This document shows, piece after piece, positions 1 through 8,348 of a stretch of DNA of 64,000 nt. The position numbers and the translations under genes are program-made. Source of the stretch: Candidatus Fermentibacteraceae bacterium (GTDB lineage Bacteria > Fermentibacterota > Fermentibacteria > Fermentibacterales > JCC-6); the NCBI GenBank assembly GCA_041750285.1, contig JBGSZS010000018.1, positions 160,001 to 224,000 of the forward strand. Direction: 5' to 3'. The notes under the pieces are model-generated. The model was not told the origin of the DNA. It searched no databases and was given only the letters and a program-made list of their open reading frames with translations. Each line of letters opens with the position of its first letter. Position 1 is the first letter of the stretch.

Positions 1-737
1 TCCGTGCCGGTGGCCCCCGGAACGCCCGAGGCTTCAAGGACGTCTTCGGCTGTCCTCACCATCTCCCCGAGCTGCTCCATGCCCAGGGACAGTTCCTCGA
101 GGTGATCGAGTCCCCTGCCTCCGGGCAGGAACCTGTTCAGAAGGACCTGCCCCGCTCCCGCGAGGATTGCGGCACTCATCGTTTCGTAAAGTTCGTGGAG
201 GTTCTTCGCGGTTACGGTGATGTTGGCCGTTGTCTTGACACCGGCTTCCTTCGCCTTTTTGAAAAGACCAAGAATCCTCTCAGCGCCGGGATGGCCCGTG
301 TGCCACTCGTAGGTGGACAGGCCGGGAAGGCTGATGCTGATGGAGACACCGAGTTCGGCCAGTCTGTCGAGCACCCGCTGGGTGACCGTCTTGCCGTTGG
401 AAAGCAGGGTGACGGTGGGCTTGACGGTTCTTGCCGTCAGGACGCCGTCCACCTCCTCGACAAGCTCCACTTCCCTGTTTCCGGCGTACGAAACCAGTTC
501 AAGGCAGTCCCGGCGAAGAAGGGGCTCGCCACCCGTGAAGCCGAATGAGCTCACACCCAGGAGGCACAGCTTGTCAATAAGGCCCTTCCACTCTTCGGTG
601 TCCATCTCCGGAAGCTTCGGGAAGTCGTCACCGTACTCCCACGGGCACGAGCAGTACCTGCACCGGTGGTTGCACAGATAGGTGAGTTCCAGCACCGCAA
701 GCGACGGAAGGAACGAAGGTGCCGCAACCCTGTTCAT
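1..737 (-). CDS. Radical SAM protein, PqqE/SPASM-maturase-like (3' end runs off the window)
   Basis: Absent from the ORF track because its stop lies outside the window. Manual translation from ATG at 737: MNRVAAPSFLPSLAVLELTYLCNHRCRYCSCPW...FGFTGGEPLLR...LLSNG...ISISL...ANITVT..N. It has the CxxxCxxC and GGEP motifs. The ATG overlaps the upstream TGA (ATGA, 737-734). Confidence 0.92.
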   Translation of the reverse strand, partial: MNRVAAPSFLPSLAVLELTYLCNHRCRYCSCPWEYGDDFPKLPEMDTEEWKGLIDKLCLLGVSSFGFTGGEPLLRRDCLELVSYAGNREVELVEEVDGVLTARTVKPTVTLLSNGKTVTQRVLDRLAELGVSISISLPGLSTYEWHTGHPGAERILGLFKKAKEAGVKTTANITVTAKNLHELYETMSAAILAGAGQVLLNRFLPGGRGLDHLEELSLGMEQLGEMVRTAEDVLEASGVPGATGT

Positions 738-1318
738 TCAATGCCCAGAAGCGTTCTGAGCCTGTCCGTGTAGCCCCGCAGCGGCAATGATGCGTCGTAG
801 GAGTCAGTGTAGCTGAGTTCTCCGCCAATGAAACCCCTGAGGATAAGCAGATCGTGAAGGGTGGCGGCCGTTCTGACGGTATCGCCCTCGGGGTAGGCGA
901 TGACAAGAGTGACCCCGCGAGCTGCGTTGCCGGTGTGGCAGACGCTGCAGTAGGTCTCCTCGAGTGTCGCACTGAAAAAACCGTTTCCCTCCAATTCCTC
1001 GATGATCCTCCGCATGGGGGGAATGCTCTCAAGAATGAAGTACCCCTCCGGGTATCCGTAGAGGGTTCTCTCTCCGCAGACCGGGCAGACGTAGTCGGCC
1101 CGGTTGGGAGTGGCCACCGGCTCGTAGCACATGGCCCCCATTATCTGGTCGGGCACGGGCTCACGCTCGATGCGGGACAGCATCAGTCTGAGCCTTGTCC
1201 TGCCGCTCTCCATGATCCTGATGATGTTGAGGGGACCCTTCTGTTCCCTGTGATGCCCGACTCCCAGAGCAACTCCCGCCGCAGACAACGCCACCAGAAC
1301 AAGGGGGATCCAATACAC
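734..1318 (-). CDS. MGAMCY/CxxC-CxxC membrane-anchored protein, paralog 3
   Basis: GTG start at 1318 after AGGAGG (ORF track 734..1372). N-terminal hydrophobic helix; motifs IMGAMCYEP, YVCPVCGERT, ETYCSVCH, GGELSY. Clearly homologous to the two upstream genes. Confidence 0.88.
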   Translation of the reverse strand: MYWIPLVLVALSAAGVALGVGHHREQKGPLNIIRIMESGRTRLRLMLSRIEREPVPDQIMGAMCYEPVATPNRADYVCPVCGERTLYGYPEGYFILESIPPMRRIIEELEGNGFFSATLEETYCSVCHTGNAARGVTLVIAYPEGDTVRTAATLHDLLILRGFIGGELSYTDSYDASLPLRGYTDRLRTLLGIE

Positions 1319-1331
1319 GGGTAACCTCCTG

Positions 1332-1922
1332 TCAGGGTTCTTCCATGCCCAGAATCGTTCTAAGCCGGTCAAGGCTGTTCTTCAGTGGAGACCGGGAGTC
1401 GTTGCTTTGCGTGTAGCTCAGCTCTCCCCCCAGAAGGCCCTCGATCATCTGAAGGTCGTTAAGGCACACCGGAGTCCTCACGGTATCACCCTCGGCGTAA
1501 ACCACGAGAAGCCTGACCTCCCCGGTCGAATCACCCGCGGAGCAATGGCTGCAGAAAGTCTCCTCGAGGCTCAGGTCAAAGAACCCGTTCCCAGCCATCC
1601 CCTCCACCATCCTCCGCATCGCGGGAAGCTCCCATTGAACGAAGGAGCCTTCGTACTGCCCGAAGAATGTCCGTTCACCGCAGACCGGGCAGACGTACTC
1701 CACCCTTGCAGGAAGGGCCACCGGGCTGTAGCACATGGCGCCCATGACGAAATCGGGGGCCTCCTCTCGCTCAACCCTGGAGAGAAGCAGTCTGACCCGT
1801 TCCCGGCCTCCGTTGAAAACCCGCAGCGCCCTGAAGGGGGTTTTGTGGTTCAGAACGATCCCGGCGCCCAGGACCGCCCCGGTGGCGGACAGGGCGATAA
1901 GTACAACCGTCACCCAGTTCAT
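1332..1922 (-). CDS. MGAMCY/CxxC-CxxC membrane-anchored protein, paralog 2
   Basis: 196 aa; N-terminal hydrophobic helix; motifs VMGAMCYSP, YVCPVCGERT, ETFCSHC. ATGA overlap with the upstream gene. Confidence 0.9.
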   Translation of the reverse strand: MNWVTVVLIALSATGAVLGAGIVLNHKTPFRALRVFNGGRERVRLLLSRVEREEAPDFVMGAMCYSPVALPARVEYVCPVCGERTFFGQYEGSFVQWELPAMRRMVEGMAGNGFFDLSLEETFCSHCSAGDSTGEVRLLVVYAEGDTVRTPVCLNDLQMIEGLLGGELSYTQSNDSRSPLKNSLDRLRTILGMEEP

Positions 1923-2539
1923 TCCGCGTTCCCTCCCTGCAGTCCGTCCACACCGAGAAGCGTTCGAAGCCTTGGAACACTGTCCTTCAGGGGGAGCCTG
2001 GCGTCGTAGCTGTCAGCGAAAACCAGTTCTCCGCTGACGAACCCGACCAGCATCTGAAGGTCGTGCAGTTCAACCGGGGTACTGACGGTGTCGCCTTCCG
2101 TATAGACCAGGTTCAGGATGAACCTGGGATTCCCGGGGTTGAGCGCTCCGGAGCAGTGTGAGCAGAAGGCGGTCTCGTCAAGCACTGCATGAAAAAAGGG
2201 GTTCCCGTCCAACTCGGCAATCGCCCTGCGCATGGGCTCGGCCTCGCGATGAAGCATCTCGCCGGTCTCCCCGCCGAACCATGTTCTCTCCCCGCACGCC
2301 GGGCAGATGTACTCGACCCGGTCGGGGGCCATGGCCGGCCGGTAGCACATGGCGCCCATGATGAAGTCGGGAGCTTCCTCCCGCTCCACCCTCGAAAGAA
2401 GAATCCTCACGCCTTCCCGGCCGCCCCTGAACAGCCGGCTGACGGAGACCGGACCCTTTCCCCCCACAGCAAACCCCCGTCCCACGCCAAACGCCGCTCC
2501 GAGTGCGGCGAGAACGATGACGATCCATATCCAGTTCAT
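1919..2539 (-). CDS. MGAMCY/CxxC-CxxC membrane-anchored protein, paralog 1
   Basis: ATG at 2539 (MNWIWIV) after GGGGAGG (ORF track 1919..2617). Motifs IMGAMCYRP, YICPACGERT, ETAFCSHC. Confidence 0.9.
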   Translation of the reverse strand: MNWIWIVIVLAALGAAFGVGRGFAVGGKGPVSVSRLFRGGREGVRILLSRVEREEAPDFIMGAMCYRPAMAPDRVEYICPACGERTWFGGETGEMLHREAEPMRRAIAELDGNPFFHAVLDETAFCSHCSGALNPGNPRFILNLVYTEGDTVSTPVELHDLQMLVGFVSGELVFADSYDARLPLKDSVPRLRTLLGVDGLQGGNAE

Positions 2540-2646
2540 CGCAACCTCCCCTGTGAGAGGGATACGTCGAAACGGCACGGTGGATTCCGCTGTCCGCCCC
2601 GTGCATGTATTATTCAAACACTTCAGCCGGGAGGGAACAGTTCCTT

Positions 2647-3492
2647 ATGAATGCAAGCAAAGGCGCCGAGTTTCTTGTGAGACCTGCGGTTCCTGCCGAC
2701 CTGCCGGGCCTCGAGGAGATTTCAAGACTCACCTGGGACGGGTTCGACTACCTCGATCAGGTCGCGGGGGACTGGATCGCCGAGGGCAACCTTTTCACGG
2801 GCGTGACCGAAGACAGGGTCGTGGCCTGCGCCCGCTTCACGCGGGCACCGGGAAGGATTCTCTGGCTCGAGGGCCTCAGGGTCCACCCCGAGTTCAGGGG
2901 AAGGGGGTACGGCAGGATCATCAGCGAATTCATCCTGAAAAGATGCGTCGAGATGGTCGAGGCACGGGAGGCTTCCGGAATAGAGTTCTCGACATACGTC
3001 CTCAACGCCGAGAGCCGGGGGCTATCCGAGAGGCAGGGCTTCGGGGTGGCGGAGTGGTTCCACATCCTCTACCGCGAAGGGCTGCCCGCCGACCACTGCA
3101 GGGTCTACCCCTACGACCCCGTTCCTGAAGACTTTTCGGTCTACCCCGAGAGGGTTCCGGTGGGCTGGAAATACGCGCGCTGGCGCGAGCCGGATTTTCC
3201 GGAATGGTTCAGGAGCGTGGCGCGCGCCTGGCGTACTGAAACCGGAGCGACATTCCTCACCAGCCTCCGGGACGACGAGGCATCGCCGCTTGCTTCGGCG
3301 TTCAGCGATGCCGACGGATTCTTCAACGGACTGCGAGCATTCGCGCTCCAGCACGGAAGGACCGACATCGAGCTGTTTCTGCACGATTCGATGAAGGGCA
3401 TGCTCGCCGCGGCAAAGCAGCACGGCTTCGGTTACTGGGAAAACCCGGACAGTTCCAACGTGCCGGTTTATGAACTGAAGGGAAGGGAATGA
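2647..3492 (+). CDS. GNAT family N-acetyltransferase
   Basis: Acetyl-CoA-binding motif LEGLRVHPEFRGRGYG and N..SRGLSERQGF. Start MNASKG after GGAGGGA. Confidence 0.85.
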   Translation: MNASKGAEFLVRPAVPADLPGLEEISRLTWDGFDYLDQVAGDWIAEGNLFTGVTEDRVVACARFTRAPGRILWLEGLRVHPEFRGRGYGRIISEFILKRCVEMVEAREASGIEFSTYVLNAESRGLSERQGFGVAEWFHILYREGLPADHCRVYPYDPVPEDFSVYPERVPVGWKYARWREPDFPEWFRSVARAWRTETGATFLTSLRDDEASPLASAFSDADGFFNGLRAFALQHGRTDIELFLHDSMKGMLAAAKQHGFGYWENPDSSNVPVYELKGRE

Positions 3493-3983
3493 AGGCAACT
3501 GTTTCCGCCTGCCTTGTTCTGGCCGTGTCGGCCGGGGCGGCAGACATTCAGGACATCAGGGAAATGTACTACCAGGCAAGCGCCGACATCGAAGCGGGGG
3601 TGCTTTACACCACTGTTGTGAACATCAACAGCGAAGACATGCCTTTTCCCGCGGTGGGGGTGTTCGGTAAAACCGTGACCTTCTACTGGACTGCGGAACC
3701 GTGGAACACCCCGGCGTACGTACTGGTGAAGGCCGTGGTGTCTTCCAGTGTCTCCGCGGTCGAGGAAACGGCCGAATATCTCTACGACTGCGCGGGGGAT
3801 CTTCGGTTCTGCTTGATCTCGGGAGGTCTCGATCAGGTCGAGCACAGGTTCTACTTCTCCGAAGGGCGTCTTGTGAGGTTCATGGACGGCGATGTCATAA
3901 ACGATTCACCGGACCAGTCGCTTGGGAACGCCGCTTCAAGGAGTGGGGGGGATCTCCACCAGGCATTCGTTCTCATGCACTGA
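3489..3983 (+). CDS. Hypothetical exported protein
   Basis: 164 aa with a signal-peptide-like N-terminus (MKATVSACLVLAVSAGA-A). ATGA overlap with the GNAT gene. Confidence 0.75.
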   Translation: MKATVSACLVLAVSAGAADIQDIREMYYQASADIEAGVLYTTVVNINSEDMPFPAVGVFGKTVTFYWTAEPWNTPAYVLVKAVVSSSVSAVEETAEYLYDCAGDLRFCLISGGLDQVEHRFYFSEGRLVRFMDGDVINDSPDQSLGNAASRSGGDLHQAFVLMH

Positions 3984-4005
3984 TTCGCACCCGGTTGCTT
4001 CTTTC

Positions 4006-4041
4006 CCCTTTCCATCCGGAAAGGGAACACCCGGAAAGGGA
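4006..4041. repeat. Short hairpin plus 11-bp direct repeat upstream of the cyclase gene
   Basis: CCCTTTCC-atcc-GGAAAGGG stem-loop at 4006-4025; CCGGAAAGGGA occurs at 4016-4026 and 4031-4041. Confidence 0.5.
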
Positions 4042-4048
4042 GGGTTCA

Positions 4049-7000
4049 CTGACGGTCACCAGGGATGTCACCGGGTCCGGGTATGGCGAACTGGCTGCGA
4101 TCCTTACCGAAAGCGCCGCGCGCTTCTCATTGACTCCGGGGCTGGCCGTGGGCAGGACAGGCCGGCTGATCGAGGGCGAGAGGCGCCGGGTCACTGTCCT
4201 TTTCCTTGACCTGGTCGGCTTCACCAGCCTCGGTGCGGTTCTTGACCACGAACTGCTCCACGGGCTGACCAGCCGCGTCATGGGGCTGCTCTCCGCAGTG
4301 GTTTCGAGCTGCGGCGGCTATGTGGACAAGTTCGAGGGTGACCGGCTGATGGTGCTTTTCGGCGCCAGAACCGCATCCGAGAATGACAGTGCCCGTGCCG
4401 TCGCCTGCGCCCTCAAGCTTCTCGGTCTGATCACCGAACTTGCCCCCGTCATGGGCCTTTCCGCGAGGGTCGGCATTTCCTCGGGCCCGGTGACGGTTGC
4501 CCCCGATGCCGGCGGGCATCTGACAGCCATCGGTGCACCGGTGAACCTGGCATCCCGTCTGGAGGAGATGGCAGCTCCGGGATCGGCCCTTGTGGATTCG
4601 GGCGTGATGCGTGATTGCGGGGGGCTCTTCCTGTGGCGCGACGAGGGTGAGATCGAGGTGAGGGGGCTGAGGGAAACCATCCACGGGTATACGCCGCTCG
4701 AACCGGATCCCGCTCACCAGGAAAGATGGCGGGGGCGTTCCTTGTCTTCAGATGCGCGCATGGTGGGCAGAGACACCGAATTCGCTGATCTTTCCGCCAT
4801 CTGGGAGCGAGGTGCCCGCGGGCAGGCGAGCCCCTTCCTGGTGAGGATAACCGGTGAACCCGGCATCGGAAAATCCCGGCTTCTCCACAGGTTCCTTGCG
4901 GAAACCGGAAACGCCTGCATCCTGCACGGTCACACCAACCCGTTCGACCAGCCGCCCCTTCACCTATGGATCGGCCTTTTCCGCGATCACTTCGGCGTGG
5001 ACGGCAACAGCCGGGAACTGATTGACAATGCGCTTTCAGCTGCTGCCCGAAACTGCCGGAACCCCGATACGGCCCGCAACCTTCTTCAGGTGGCTCCCGT
5101 GCTGGCCTCTCTTCTCTGCCGGGAATGGAAGCCCGCCGGGGATGAGGGGGTCGAGGCAGGTGCAAGAAACTCCTCTGCGATACGGATACTCGTCGATGCA
5201 ATGCTCTCGGCCTCACCTCTGATCATCGCCCTGGAGGACATGCACTGGATGGATGAAGCCTCGCTTCACACCCTGAAACTCGTGCTTTCAGGAAAGGCGA
5301 ACGAAAACCCTCTGCTGGTTGTCACCACCGAGCGCCCGCAGGGTCTGAGGATCGACCACCCCGCGGCCTCCTCCTTCACAATATCGCTGGATTCGCTGCC
5401 AGACCAGGATATTCTGACCCTTGCCCTGCGCATCCTCTCGCCGGAAGGATCCGAAGGCGGCAGGCTCGACGGACGCGCGGGGCTTGTGATCACATGCGGA
5501 GCAAGGGGCAACCCCTTCTTCGCCGAGGAGCTTACCCTTGGCCTTCTCGACTCGGGCTGCATAAAGCCCGGGCCGGATGGCGAGTGGACGCTAACGGTTC
5601 CTCCCGAGGAAATCGCAGTACCCTCCTCGGTTCAGGCAATGGTTCAGACCCGGATAGACAGGCTCCCCCGCCGGGAGAGGGTTGTGCTGCAGTTCGCCTC
5701 GGTGCAGGGAAAGCTGTTTCGGAGCGATGTTCTCGAAGAGTCGGTTCTGGCCCACAATCCCCGGCTCGATGTGCGCGGCTCGATCGGGACCCTGGAAGCA
5801 ATGGGGTTCCTTTCCCGGGGCGAGGGGGGTGAATCCGCCTTCAGGCATGACCTGGTTCAAAAGGCTGCGTACGAGACCATGCTCCGCCACAACCGGCGGG
5901 TTATCCACCGCAGTGTGGCTGAAGTTCTGGAACGCCTGTCCCCCCCTGATCACCCGGCCACAGCCACCGCCCTTTTCCGTCACTGGCGCGGGGCGTGTGA
6001 CACCGAAAGGGCTCTCGAGTGGGCGCCGGCCGCCATGAGAACTGCGGAGAACGGGGGACAGGGCGAGGAGGCCCTGAGGATCTCGGACTGGATACTGGAA
6101 TCAACGGGAGGTGAAGCCACAGCGGCCCACTTCCACGCAAGGATGTCCGCCCTGGCGACAAAACAGGCCATCCTTTTCAGGGTCGGCAGGATGGAAGAGG
6201 CCACGGGGGTTGTTGAGGAGCTGCTTTCCGCCGGATCTGGAAACCCCCTGTGGGAAGCCGAAGGTCTCAGGGCGAAAGCAATAGGTCTTCACGAGTCGGG
6301 CAGCATGGATCAGGTCGAGAGCCTTCTTGAAATGGCGCTTTCGAAGGCGAGGGAAGCCTGTTCGGATGAGCTGGAAGGCAGGATCCTCTGCTCCCTGGCC
6401 AATTTTCACAGCGACACGGGACGGCTGGACGACGCGCTGGAGCTTTTCCGGCGCTCCCTGGCCATCCGGGAGAAAATCGGGGACACGGCGAAGACCGGTG
6501 TGATATTCAGCAACATGGCCAATCTCTACTCCAGGATGGGCAGCTACGGGATATCCGAGGAGTACTACCGCCGTGCGATCGGGGTCCATCTCGAGAGGGG
6601 CGACCGGGTGAGCCTCGGGTACGCAATGAACGGTCTGGCGATCTGCCTCGCCCGGGCGGGCAATCTGGCCGAAGCCGACGGCTGTTTCAGGAATGCCCTC
6701 GCGGCTCACACCGATACGGGGAACCGGCGGGAACAGGCCGCGGTTCTCACGAATCTCGGCACGGTGGCCAAGATCCGGGGAGACTATGAAACCTCGCTGG
6801 ATTTCAGGACACGTTCGCTGGCCATCGCCAGGGAGACGGGAGCCCCCGGTTCGATAGCCATAGCACTGCTCAACATCGGCAATCTCCGCCGGCTGATGGG
6901 TCATCCTGAGGAGACTTTCGCCTATTGCGACGAAGCCCTTTCCATCTGCGAAGAGATCAGGGACATGATGAGCGCATGTTTCTGCCTGAGCATCGAGGGG

Positions 7001-7177
7001 CTGGCCTGCCTAGACATGAACGATACGGAAGGGGCCGCTGAACTCCATGCGAGGGCGACGGCGATAATGGACGAGTATGGCATAAAGCCCGATGTCGTCG
7101 ACGATTACCATGAACTGCTGAAACGCATGAAGCAGACCGGCCTGAACCCCGTGTGCCCCAGGGGCTGGCAGGATTGA
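4049..7177 (+). CDS. Class III adenylate/guanylate cyclase - AAA (STAND) ATPase - TPR protein
   Basis: Cyclase motifs RRVTVLFLDLVGFT, DKFEGD and VNLASRLE; Walker A GEPGIGKS; LEDMHWMD; RGNPFFAEE; C-terminal TPR-like repeats. Start is uncertain: CTG 4049 after GGGAGGG, or TTG 3995/4130. The ORF-track start at 3701 overlaps the upstream gene. Confidence 0.9.
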   Translation: MTVTRDVTGSGYGELAAILTESAARFSLTPGLAVGRTGRLIEGERRRVTVLFLDLVGFTSLGAVLDHELLHGLTSRVMGLLSAVVSSCGGYVDKFEGDRLMVLFGARTASENDSARAVACALKLLGLITELAPVMGLSARVGISSGPVTVAPDAGGHLTAIGAPVNLASRLEEMAAPGSALVDSGVMRDCGGLFLWRDEGEIEVRGLRETIHGYTPLEPDPAHQERWRGRSLSSDARMVGRDTEFADLSAIWERGARGQASPFLVRITGEPGIGKSRLLHRFLAETGNACILHGHTNPFDQPPLHLWIGLFRDHFGVDGNSRELIDNALSAAARNCRNPDTARNLLQVAPVLASLLCREWKPAGDEGVEAGARNSSAIRILVDAMLSASPLIIALEDMHWMDEASLHTLKLVLSGKANENPLLVVTTERPQGLRIDHPAASSFTISLDSLPDQDILTLALRILSPEGSEGGRLDGRAGLVITCGARGNPFFAEELTLGLLDSGCIKPGPDGEWTLTVPPEEIAVPSSVQAMVQTRIDRLPRRERVVLQFASVQGKLFRSDVLEESVLAHNPRLDVRGSIGTLEAMGFLSRGEGGESAFRHDLVQKAAYETMLRHNRRVIHRSVAEVLERLSPPDHPATATALFRHWRGACDTERALEWAPAAMRTAENGGQGEEALRISDWILESTGGEATAAHFHARMSALATKQAILFRVGRMEEATGVVEELLSAGSGNPLWEAEGLRAKAIGLHESGSMDQVESLLEMALSKAREACSDELEGRILCSLANFHSDTGRLDDALELFRRSLAIREKIGDTAKTGVIFSNMANLYSRMGSYGISEEYYRRAIGVHLERGDRVSLGYAMNGLAICLARAGNLAEADGCFRNALAAHTDTGNRREQAAVLTNLGTVAKIRGDYETSLDFRTRSLAIARETGAPGSIAIALLNIGNLRRLMGHPEETFAYCDEALSICEEIRDMMSACFCLSIEGLACLDMNDTEGAAELHARATAIMDEYGIKPDVVDDYHELLKRMKQTGLNPVCPRGWQD

Positions 7178-7179
7178 GA

Positions 7180-7204
7180 GGGGGCGCCCCGGGTGGGCGC
7201 CCCC
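7180..7204. terminator. GC-rich hairpin between convergent genes
   Basis: GGGGGCGCCC-cgggt-GGGCGCCCCC, a 10-bp perfect stem with only a weak U-tract. Confidence 0.55.
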
Positions 7205-7220
7205 AAACCGGAAGAAGGCC

Positions 7221-8348
7221 CTATTTCTCGATCAGTTCCACGTTGGCGCGTGGAACGATTGCTCTGCCGCCTTCCTCGAACTCGACTTCGAGAACCCTCA
7301 CCTTGGCTTCGGAGTCAACCACCTTCAGTTCGGGTGGAAGGGCGGTGACCTTGCCGAGTTTGCCGAAGTGGGGGGCGCGGATGCAGCGTATGAAGCTTCC
7401 CAGGTCCATGGCTCCGGCCTGGTGGGTCTGATCCACCTTTTCGATCATGGAGGCCGGGAGGGGAATAACGACTTCGGGACGCATGACGCCCGCACGGATC
7501 TGGGTGGCCCCGTTCACGCTGGCCATCATGCCCTCCCTGGACTTGAGAAGGTCGAACGTGCCGTGGGCCATTGTCATGCGGCCGAAGCCCTCGGTAAGGA
7601 TGAGGGTGATCCCCTTTTTCTCGTGGCCCGTGATGGCCACGCCCAGGTCGTACCCCAGCAGGTCCTTGAGGTCCTTGTCGTCGAAACCTCCCACCACCAC
7701 GGCCCTGACGCCCTGCGCGATGGCCCTGCGGAGCGTGGCGTTGCTTATGTAGCTTCCGCCCACGAGGATCTTGCCGGCGCATTCCGGCGTTATGCGGTCT
7801 GGCATGACCTCCTGGTCGGGGCTGTCGACTATCGTCCTGAGCTCGCCCCTGACCTCTCCGCCTATGCCGAAGATCCCCTGCACGAAGGTGCAGTGAGTGC
7901 TTATGACAACGCCTTCCTCGGGCAGCACCTCATCCACGGTGCCGTTCACGTAGGCGTCGATCTGAACGGGAATGGGCGGCTCGCGGAGAACGGCCTGGCC
8001 GGTTATCTCGTTGAAGGTCTCGAAGAAGCCGGTGATCGGGGAGCGAACCGTGTTCCTGAAGAATCTTCCGAAAAGCCCCTTGGACTGGGCCAGCACGCCC
8101 TTCTCCTCGATGGGGTCGCCCTCCTTCACGTGGAGGAGTTCGTAGATGTCCTGCGAGGGCACGCCGAGGATGTTGGCTATGTTCAGCATCTTGACGTTGC
8201 CCGGAAGCTCGGTGCGGGCCACCACTGTGTCGGCGCTTACTATGTCGCCCTTCTTCACCAGCACCTGTCCCTTGAGGGGAAGCCTGCGGGTCTTGAGAAT
8301 GTCCGCGACCGCTGCCACACGCAAACCCGGAGTGTATGCGAAAGCCAT
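7221..8348 (-). CDS. Uncharacterised protein, partner of the GlmL-like gene (barrel-sandwich-hybrid-like repeats, C-terminal KOW-like segment)
   Basis: 375 aa. Motifs VLVKKGDIV, LHVKEGDPI...VRSPITG and C-terminal IRCIRAPHFGKLGKV. TAATG coupling to the upstream gene. Confidence 0.8.
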   Translation of the reverse strand: MAFAYTPGLRVAAVADILKTRRLPLKGQVLVKKGDIVSADTVVARTELPGNVKMLNIANILGVPSQDIYELLHVKEGDPIEEKGVLAQSKGLFGRFFRNTVRSPITGFFETFNEITGQAVLREPPIPVQIDAYVNGTVDEVLPEEGVVISTHCTFVQGIFGIGGEVRGELRTIVDSPDQEVMPDRITPECAGKILVGGSYISNATLRRAIAQGVRAVVVGGFDDKDLKDLLGYDLGVAITGHEKKGITLILTEGFGRMTMAHGTFDLLKSREGMMASVNGATQIRAGVMRPEVVIPLPASMIEKVDQTHQAGAMDLGSFIRCIRAPHFGKLGKVTALPPELKVVDSEAKVRVLEVEFEEGGRAIVPRANVELIEK

